Part shown: piece after piece, positions 58,473 to 64,000 of the stretch | Layout of the letters: every line of letters begins with the position of its first letter | Numbering within the stretch: position 1 is the stretch's first letter | Assembly (NCBI GenBank): GCA_937958005.1 | Contig: CALGOB010000159.1 | Span: 13,488 to 77,487, forward strand | Direction of reading: 5' to 3' | Origin: an uncultured Cyclobacteriaceae bacterium | GTDB taxonomy: Bacteria > Bacteroidota > Bacteroidia > Cytophagales > Cyclobacteriaceae | Length of the DNA stretch: 64,000 nucleotides | The notes under the pieces: model-generated | What the model was told of the DNA's origin: nothing | Database searches by the model: none | Seen by the model: the letters and a program-made list of their open reading frames with translations, nothing else | Made by a program: the position numbers and the translations under genes

Positions 58473-58572
58473 GGGATATTAATTCCCCTGGCTGGGCGCC
58501 CCGACTCTTGAGTCGATCATTAAATTATTGCCCATAGATACCCCGTACCCTTGGGTCGGGGTTGGTTCATTT
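58464..58572 (+). repeat. R1 element copy f (with 12-nt TGGCTGGGCGCC module)
   Basis: AATCCCTAAGGGATATTAATTCCCCTGGCTGGGCGCCCCGACTCTTGAGTCGATCATTAAATTATTGCCCATAGATACCCCGTACCCTTGGGTCGGGGTTGGTTCATTT. Confidence 0.95.
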
Positions 58573-58591
58573 AGATTAAATACTAATAAAT

Positions 58592-58628
58592 AAAAAAGCA
58601 TCTTGATTAATTTAAAGATGCTTTTTTA
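58592..58628. terminator. Bidirectional terminator
   Basis: AAAAAAGCATCTT-gattaattt-AAAGATGCTTTTTT between convergent genes. Confidence 0.8.
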
Positions 58629-58655
58629 TGCATAAAATTGGATAAAATAGATATT

Positions 58656-59444
58656 TTATTCAGCAGCTAGAGTTACTTTCCTAGTTACTTTGTTAAAAGG
58701 CCCTTCTATGTAATTCCCATCTTTATCTATTAATTCCAATGAAACAGTTAGTTCTCCTAGTGGTGCATTTTCAATGTAAAAAGGAGCCCATTCGTCAATC
58801 AAGAATTCTTTTCCATTAATAGTTGCTTTAACTTTATTTCCGTCACTAGCTAATTCTGTGTTTAGGAGGTAGAAATCGAGCATGAGTTTCTTTGTGTCAT
58901 CTCCTTTGTAAGTTCCTTTAGGTCTACTATAAAATAAATGTTTTTGCGAAAAGTCTACATCTTCTCTTGGTACGTTACCTACGGTTAACTGGGTGGTAAT
59001 AAAAGCATTGGTGTTCTTTACACTTTCATGATATGATCTGGATAAGAAAGCCAATATGGTATAATTGCCAGGTTCCATTGCTTTTTTAAAAGTAGGGTCA
59101 TAATGAGCAGAATACGGCCCATTATTAACAATCAAATGGATGTGTTGGCCCTTACCAGAATTGGCAATCCCTCTAGATGTAGCATCTTCAGTCTGTACAC
59201 CTAAATCATAACTTGATACCACGAAATCAAAGTAAACGCTATCCGCAGGTACTTTTTCATGAAAAGGTTCCTTTAAAGTTAAGACAGCATCTTCATATGG
59301 TGGAGAAAGGGGGGCTTTGGTAATGGTAATAGGGTTGTTGTCTTTTTTAGTAGTTGTTTCTGTATCTTTTTTTTCTTTGGTGTTTTTACCGTTACATGCA
59401 GCCAATAAAATGACCGTACATGCTATTAAGGTTAGATTTTTCAT
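58656..59444 (-). CDS. Lipoprotein of unknown function
   Basis: Lipobox ILLAAC and a Lys/Thr-rich linker, 262 aa. Confidence 0.75.
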   Translation of the reverse strand: MKNLTLIACTVILLAACNGKNTKEKKDTETTTKKDNNPITITKAPLSPPYEDAVLTLKEPFHEKVPADSVYFDFVVSSYDLGVQTEDATSRGIANSGKGQHIHLIVNNGPYSAHYDPTFKKAMEPGNYTILAFLSRSYHESVKNTNAFITTQLTVGNVPREDVDFSQKHLFYSRPKGTYKGDDTKKLMLDFYLLNTELASDGNKVKATINGKEFLIDEWAPFYIENAPLGELTVSLELIDKDGNYIEGPFNKVTRKVTLAAE

Positions 59445-59602
59445 GTTTTAATAATGTTTAAAAAAATAATTAGGTTTGACTGATAAAATTAATAACATAA
59501 TTATCTATATTAAAATAATACAGTTTTCTTTTACAGGAGAATATAGAACTGAGTTCATTGTTGTTTTTCGGTAAGTCTCATTAAACTTGATTTATGCAAT
59601 TG

Positions 59603-59711
59603 AATCCCTAAGGGATATTAATTCCCCTGGCCGGGCGCCCCGACTCTTGAGTCGATCATTAAATTATTGCCCATAGATACCCCGTACCCTTGGGTCGGGG
59701 TTGGTTCATTT
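59603..59711 (+). repeat. R1 element copy g
   Basis: Differs from copy f at a single position (TGGCCGGGCGCC module), by eye. Confidence 0.95.
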
Positions 59712-59713
59712 CT

Positions 59714-59824
59714 AATTTCCTACTTGCCATAATGGGGACTAAGCTTGCGTTGCAAAATTTAAGGAACTATCTAACAGTTATTTATGATTTTCTCTTAAAA
59801 GTCTAATGCATAATGATAGTTTAA
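59714..59824 (+). mobile_element. R2 MITE fragment (5'-truncated), directly abutting R1 copy g
   Basis: AATTTCCTACT..TAATGG.GACTA..GCGTTGCAAA..CTATCTAACAG..TTTTCTCTTAAAAGTCTAATGCAT matches the right two-thirds of R2. Confidence 0.7.
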
Positions 59825-59844
59825 AAAAACTGCTTTTGGGCAAA

Positions 59845-59892
59845 TCCCACTTTAAACCCGACTGCGGCCAATCGCCTGACACCCCGCTAAAT
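59845..59892 (+). repeat. R3 repeat, second copy
   Basis: TCCCACTTTAAACCCGACTGCGGCCAATCGCCTGACACCCCGCTAAAT is the reverse complement of the pattern at 836-884. Confidence 0.6.
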
Positions 59893-60215
59893 TATTAAGC
59901 GAACCTTCCTAAAGGTGTGAAAAAGAATATCTATTTTCTCAGAAGTCATTAATATATTATTTTATTTACTGTTTAAGTGGTTACTTTTTGTTTAACTTTT
60001 CCATTAATAGATGGATAAAAAGTTAAACAACGCAACTAAATCATATATTTGGAACGTTATTGGTATATAGTAAGTTTTTTTTGGATTAAATCAATAGGGT
60101 TTTTTCTTTAATAGTGGTAATAGTAATAATTGAAATGTAATTTTTAAATTTTATTTTAATGTTTCTTGGTTTAATGCATCTATTTTAAAATGATTAGAAA
60201 CAGAATTAAAAGCGG

Positions 60216-60413
60216 ATGGAAAATAATATTTTTTTGTGGTATAATGAAGTCTTGAATGAATATAGTTATGGCTCCCAAGAGGAGTTGGATCAGGTTATTA
60301 TTTATTATGCTGAAGATAAGATTACAATATTATATAAAATGGATCAAGTTAAAATCTCTCTTTGTAAAAAGATTACTGACAATTTAAATAACGTTAGAAC
60401 GGAAGTAGCATAA
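60216..60413 (+). CDS. Small protein of the LWYN..L.EY.YG family (65 aa)
   Basis: MENNIFLWYNEVLNEYSYGS..EDKITILY..KKITDNLN, paralogous to 60507-60704 and 33142-33366. Confidence 0.6.
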   Translation: MENNIFLWYNEVLNEYSYGSQEELDQVIIYYAEDKITILYKMDQVKISLCKKITDNLNNVRTEVA

Positions 60414-60506
60414 GGATTAATTTATGGTGATAGCAGTGGGGTAGGATCTATTACTGGTTTTAAAATTTACACTAGACTATGTAGAATGACTTAAAAACTT
60501 AAAACT

Positions 60507-60704
60507 ATGAACAGTAAGATATATTTATGGTATAATGGTGTTTTATGTGAATATAATTATGGCACTGATATAGAATATGAAAAACTTAAACTTCAATACC
60601 CTGAAGATAAGATTGATGTTCTATGTACTTTGGATACTCATCAGATCAATGTTTGTAAGAAAATAACGAATAAATTGAACTACGCGGTTGTTGATGCCAA
60701 ATAG
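60507..60704 (+). CDS. Small protein of the LWYN..L.EY.YG family (65 aa)
   Basis: MNSKIYLWYNGVLCEYNYGT..EDKIDVLC..KKITNKLN, a tandem paralogue of 60216-60413. Confidence 0.6.
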   Translation: MNSKIYLWYNGVLCEYNYGTDIEYEKLKLQYPEDKIDVLCTLDTHQINVCKKITNKLNYAVVDAK

Positions 60705-60746
60705 TTAATCAATGAGGCGAATAGTAGTCCTTAATTTGACTTTTTT

Positions 60747-60855
60747 AATCCCTAAGGGATATTAATTCCCCTAGCTGGACACCCCGACTCTTGAGTCGAT
60801 CATTAAATTATTGCCTATAGATATCCCGTGCCCTTGGGTCTGGGTTGGTTCATTT
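60747..60855 (+). repeat. R1 element copy h (several substitutions)
   Basis: AATCCCTAAGGGATATTAATTCCCCTAGCTGGACACCCCGACTCTTGAGTCGATCATTAAATTATTGCCTATAGATATCCCGTGCCCTTGGGTCTGGGTTGGTTCATTT. Confidence 0.95.
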
Positions 60856-60872
60856 CTTTTAGTTAGACTTAT

Positions 60873-61688
60873 TTAAATAACATTTCCAAAAACATGAATT
60901 TGATCTGAAGTAGGGGATGCTTTTCCTCCTATGTCTTCCAAGGATATGGCAAATGCAGTAGCATTTGGAACGTTATTCAGTTCACTCAATTCATTACTTT
61001 TCACAGAAGGGTCTATTAACCCAATGCTTACAGGAGCACCGTCTATAATCGCCCAAAACTGGTATTGTTTATTAGGTGCAGGTTTAGGGAGGTTTGCTAT
61101 AGATACATAAATAGATTCTTTGCCTCTAAACACATATGCAAATGAATCAGTGTGCTCACCAAGGCCTTCCAAAGAAATTTGTTTATAATCTTTTGCTTGG
61201 GTAATATTAGAGTAATCTAAATATTTAGTTTGTAAGGAAGCAAATAACTCATTAGATTCTGTCAAATCAGCTTTTAAAGAGGCATTTTCGGCTTTCAATT
61301 CTACTAGCTGATTGTTTATATAAATTGATAGAGCAGCGGTAAATAAGAAAGCAGTAATTGCTGCTGCTGCAATATACCTTAAAACCTTAATTTTCCTTAA
61401 TGGTACCTGCTTTTCAATATTGGGTTTGATCTCTTTTGTTAATTCAGCAACTGGAGTGGCTTTCTTCTCAGTGATTTTTGATAATAGATTTTCTTTAATA
61501 TTTATAGAAGGTTGAATAGCATTTCTTTTGTCAAATTGATAAAGGGTTTCTTGAATACTATCAATTTCACGTTGAATAATAGGATACTTTTGAGCTAGGA
61601 GTATTATTTTCTGCTCACTTTTCTCATCGAGGACTCCCATACAGAATTCCTCAAGTATTCCAGATTCTATGTAATCCTTGATTTTCAA
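60873..61688 (-). CDS. Anti-sigma factor (RskA-like, single TM)
   Basis: Sits downstream of an ECF sigma gene. TM helix YIAAAAITAFLFTAALSIYI and an extracytoplasmic C-domain. TTG start. Confidence 0.7.
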   Translation of the reverse strand: MKIKDYIESGILEEFCMGVLDEKSEQKIILLAQKYPIIQREIDSIQETLYQFDKRNAIQPSINIKENLLSKITEKKATPVAELTKEIKPNIEKQVPLRKIKVLRYIAAAAITAFLFTAALSIYINNQLVELKAENASLKADLTESNELFASLQTKYLDYSNITQAKDYKQISLEGLGEHTDSFAYVFRGKESIYVSIANLPKPAPNKQYQFWAIIDGAPVSIGLIDPSVKSNELSELNNVPNATAFAISLEDIGGKASPTSDQIHVFGNVI

Positions 61689-61726
61689 AATTTGTTTCTA
61701 TATTTATTAAATACGTTCATTATTTA

Positions 61727-62308
61727 TCAAAAAGATTCATCATTACTTTTTAATTTTATACCATATACAATTCTTAATTTTTTTAGAGCAGCTCTCACTC
61801 TAGATTTAACAGTGCCTAATGGAATACTATGCTTTTTTGAAACATCTTCACCTGTATAACCTTGGAAATACATTAATCTAATGATAAATGCTTGATCATC
61901 GTTTAAATGTTTTAGTAGATCCTCTGAGAATATTTTATTCAACTGGTTGTCTACCTGAAACTCCGAGGATGACTTGATATTATCTGTTATTGTGTCTGTT
62001 ATACCCATTTTAACAAACTCTTTGGATCTGATTTTATCTAAAGCAAGGTTTCTAGCTATTTTGTGCATCCAAGTATAAAGCCGTCCTTTTTGTTCATTAT
62101 AAGAATCTATCTTAGACCAGATTTTTAAAAATGTATCTTGAAGAACTTCTTCAGCTAAGTCTTGATTATTTACTAATCTGATAATTACACCTAAAAGTGT
62201 CGCAGAGTAATTGTCATATAAAAATGCCAAGGCATCGCTATCCTTGTCAATTAATCGTTTGACAAGATCCATTTCTGCTTGAAGTCGCTTTGTATTAGCT
62301 TCTAACAT
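61727..62308 (-). CDS. ECF-type RNA polymerase sigma factor
   Basis: Region 2 (AEEVLQDTFLKIW) and region 4 HTH (YTGEDVSKKHSIPLGTVKSRVRAALKKLR). Confidence 0.85.
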   Translation of the reverse strand: MLEANTKRLQAEMDLVKRLIDKDSDALAFLYDNYSATLLGVIIRLVNNQDLAEEVLQDTFLKIWSKIDSYNEQKGRLYTWMHKIARNLALDKIRSKEFVKMGITDTITDNIKSSSEFQVDNQLNKIFSEDLLKHLNDDQAFIIRLMYFQGYTGEDVSKKHSIPLGTVKSRVRAALKKLRIVYGIKLKSNDESF

Positions 62309-62440
62309 TTAAATATATGCTCTGTTTGACTGCTTTCTGTCTTAAATGAAAGTTAAGGAATACGCCATATTGAAAACAATCATTAAAAATCAAATATATA
62401 TTAAATGAATATTTAAGAAGACTATTTTGATTAAAAATTT

Positions 62441-62583
62441 AATCCCTAAGGGATATTAATTCCCCTGGCCGGGCACCCCGACTCTTGAGTCTATCATTAA
62501 ATGATTACCATAGATACCCCGTACCCTTCTGCGAGCGCTGTAGCTTTCTCAGCAGAGACACTGGGTCTGGGTTGGTTCATTTT
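62441..62583 (+). repeat. R1 element copy i (12-nt module plus 34-nt hairpin extension; longest form)
   Basis: ...TTCCCCTGGCCGGGCACCCCGACTCTTGAGTCTATC...CCCCGTACCCTT[CTGCGAGCGCTGTAGCTTTCTCAGCAGAGACACT]GGGTCTGGGTTGGTTCATTTT. Confidence 0.95.
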
Positions 62584-62609
62584 TTGATGGACAATGCAGT
62601 TACTTAATA

Positions 62610-62646
62610 AAAAAAGCACTCTGTTCATTGAACAGAGTGCTTTTTA
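62610..62646 (-). terminator. Terminator of acnA (palindromic, usable in both directions)
   Basis: AAAAAGCACTCTGTTC-att-GAACAGAGTGCTTTTT, 20 nt past the acnA stop. Confidence 0.8.
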
Positions 62647-62665
62647 AACATTAGATTCTTGTCAA

Positions 62666-64000
62666 TTAATCTTTCAAGAAATTTCTTAATACGTAATTTA
62701 AAATTCCTCCGTGCTTGTAATATTCAACATCTACACCTGAATCTAATCTTAATTTAGATTTGAAGGATTTTTTGCTTCCGTCAGGAGCTGTGGCCGTTAC
62801 ATCTACAATCTTACCAGGGGTTAAATCAGAATTGATACCCAAGATATCATAAGACTCATTACCTGTAAGGCCTAAAGTCTCTTGATTCTCACCTTCCATA
62901 AATACCATAGGCAAAACACCCATGCCAACTAAATTAGAACGGTGAATCCTTTCAAAACTTTCTGTGATAACTGCTTTCACCCCTAAAAGGGTAGTTCCTT
63001 TAGCCGCCCAGTCTCTAGAAGAACCAGACCCATATTCTTTACCTCCTATCACTATTAGCGGAGTTCCAGCATCTTGATACTTCATAGATGCATCATAAAC
63101 AGGCATTTCTTCACCAGAAGGGTGGTATGTAGTCCAACCTCCCTCTCTAGAGGCTAGTTTGTTTTTAATTCTTACATTGGCAAACGTACCTCTCATCATC
63201 ACTTCATGATTACCTCGCCTTGACCCATATGAATTAAAGTCTTTTTGAGCTATCCCATTTTCGCTTAAGTATTTTCCAGCAGGATGTTCGGGTAAGAATT
63301 TCCCAGCAGGGGATATATGATCTGTTGTAATCATGTCGCCTAACTGTAGTAATACTTTTGCTCCTTTGATGTCAATTGGTTCAGGAGCTTCTTCTGATAT
63401 GTCTTTAAAGAAAGGAGCTTCTTGAATGTAAGTTGACTTGTCATCCCAGTCATAAATACTTCCTTTTGGTGCATTAAGAGACTGCCAAGCCTCATCTCCA
63501 TCAAATACAGAAGCATATGTTTTCTTGTAATCTTCTGCAGTGACCACTTTATCCATGATCTCATTGATTTCAGCTTGTGAAGGCCAAATATCTTTTAAGA
63601 ATACTGGGTCACCATTAGGGTCTAAACCTAGTGGCTCATTATTCATGTCAAAGTCCATTCTTCCTGCTATAGCATAAGCAACTACCAGCATAGGGGAAGC
63701 TAAGAAATTCATTTTGATACTTGGGTGAATTCTAGCCTCAAAGTTTCTGTTACCAGATAAAGCGGAACAAGCAACTAGATCATTTTCTATAACAGCTTCC
63801 TGTACCTCTTTAATCATGTCTCCTGCATTACCTATACAAGTGGTGCATCCGTATCCAACTACATGAAACTTAAGCGCTTCAAAATAGGGCATTAAATTAG
63901 CATTGTTTAAATACTCAGTAACTACCCTTGACCCTGGGGCCAATGATGTTTTGACCCAAGGTTTAATATCTAAACCTTTTTCTACAGCATTTTTGGCAAC
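62666..64000 (-). CDS. acnA: Aconitate hydratase A, C-terminal ~445 aa (gene continues past the right window edge)
   Basis: The frame stays open to nt 64000 (..VAKNAVEKGLDIKPWVKTSLAPGSRVV..). GCTTCIGN, SGNRNFE.R and GSSRDWAAKG motifs. Confidence 0.9.
   Translation of the reverse strand, partial: VAKNAVEKGLDIKPWVKTSLAPGSRVVTEYLNNANLMPYFEALKFHVVGYGCTTCIGNAGDMIKEVQEAVIENDLVACSALSGNRNFEARIHPSIKMNFLASPMLVVAYAIAGRMDFDMNNEPLGLDPNGDPVFLKDIWPSQAEINEIMDKVVTAEDYKKTYASVFDGDEAWQSLNAPKGSIYDWDDKSTYIQEAPFFKDISEEAPEPIDIKGAKVLLQLGDMITTDHISPAGKFLPEHPAGKYLSENGIAQKDFNSYGSRRGNHEVMMRGTFANVRIKNKLASREGGWTTYHPSGEEMPVYDASMKYQDAGTPLIVIGGKEYGSGSSRDWAAKGTTLLGVKAVITESFERIHRSNLVGMGVLPMVFMEGENQETLGLTGNESYDILGINSDLTPGKIVDVTATAPDGSKKSFKSKLRLDSGVDVEYYKHGGILNYVLRNFLKD

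Noticed and set aside
58464-58572. R1 as a tRNA-like or tRNA-derived element because of the GGTTCAT ending
   Set aside because: No cloverleaf can be drawn. There is no acceptor/anticodon arm geometry, and the similarity to the T-loop GTTCRA is only 5 nt.

Overview
AT-rich bacterial chromosomal segment with Bacteroidota hallmarks: a T9SS C-terminal sorting domain, many lipoproteins, two ECF sigma/anti-sigma pairs, a Trp-codon leader of the Bacteroid-trp type, and frequent TTG/GTG starts. Most of it is housekeeping. It holds a complete trpE-G-D-C-F-B-A operon plus a DAHP synthase, then phhA, hisH-A-F-IE, ftsE, fsa/tal, SRP RNA, an AlkB-like monooxygenase, purC, rnz, dnaE (with an N-terminal DnaQ-like exonuclease domain) and a partial acnA. 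No rRNA, tRNA or CRISPR array was seen.

The ORF track does not explain the following:
1. R1, a GC-rich, hairpin-rich intergenic element of about 95-145 nt. It has at least 10 copies, all on the + strand whatever the orientation of flanking genes. It shows modular stem extensions, C(CUUG)G-type loops and compensatory substitutions.
2. A 20-codon leader ORF with 7 Tyr codons (YYYY run) plus an intrinsic terminator directly upstream of phenylalanine-4-hydroxylase. This is a candidate Tyr-sensing attenuator and mirrors the WWW trp leader in the same window.
3. R2, a 184-bp TIR-bounded MITE-like element, and R3, a 49-nt G-rich repeat. Both form mosaics with R1.
4. A family of three about 65-74 aa paralogues (LWYN..L.EY.YG) that always sit next to R1 copies.
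5. A YhhQ-family transporter gene broken by an A10 homopolymer.
6. An ECF sigma / anti-sigma / lipoprotein / TPR-CHAT protease cluster.
7. An orphan 416-aa protein with a hydrophobic helical C-terminus.

All product names come from reading motifs by eye. No database search or folding program was available, so family assignments and RNA structures are hypotheses.
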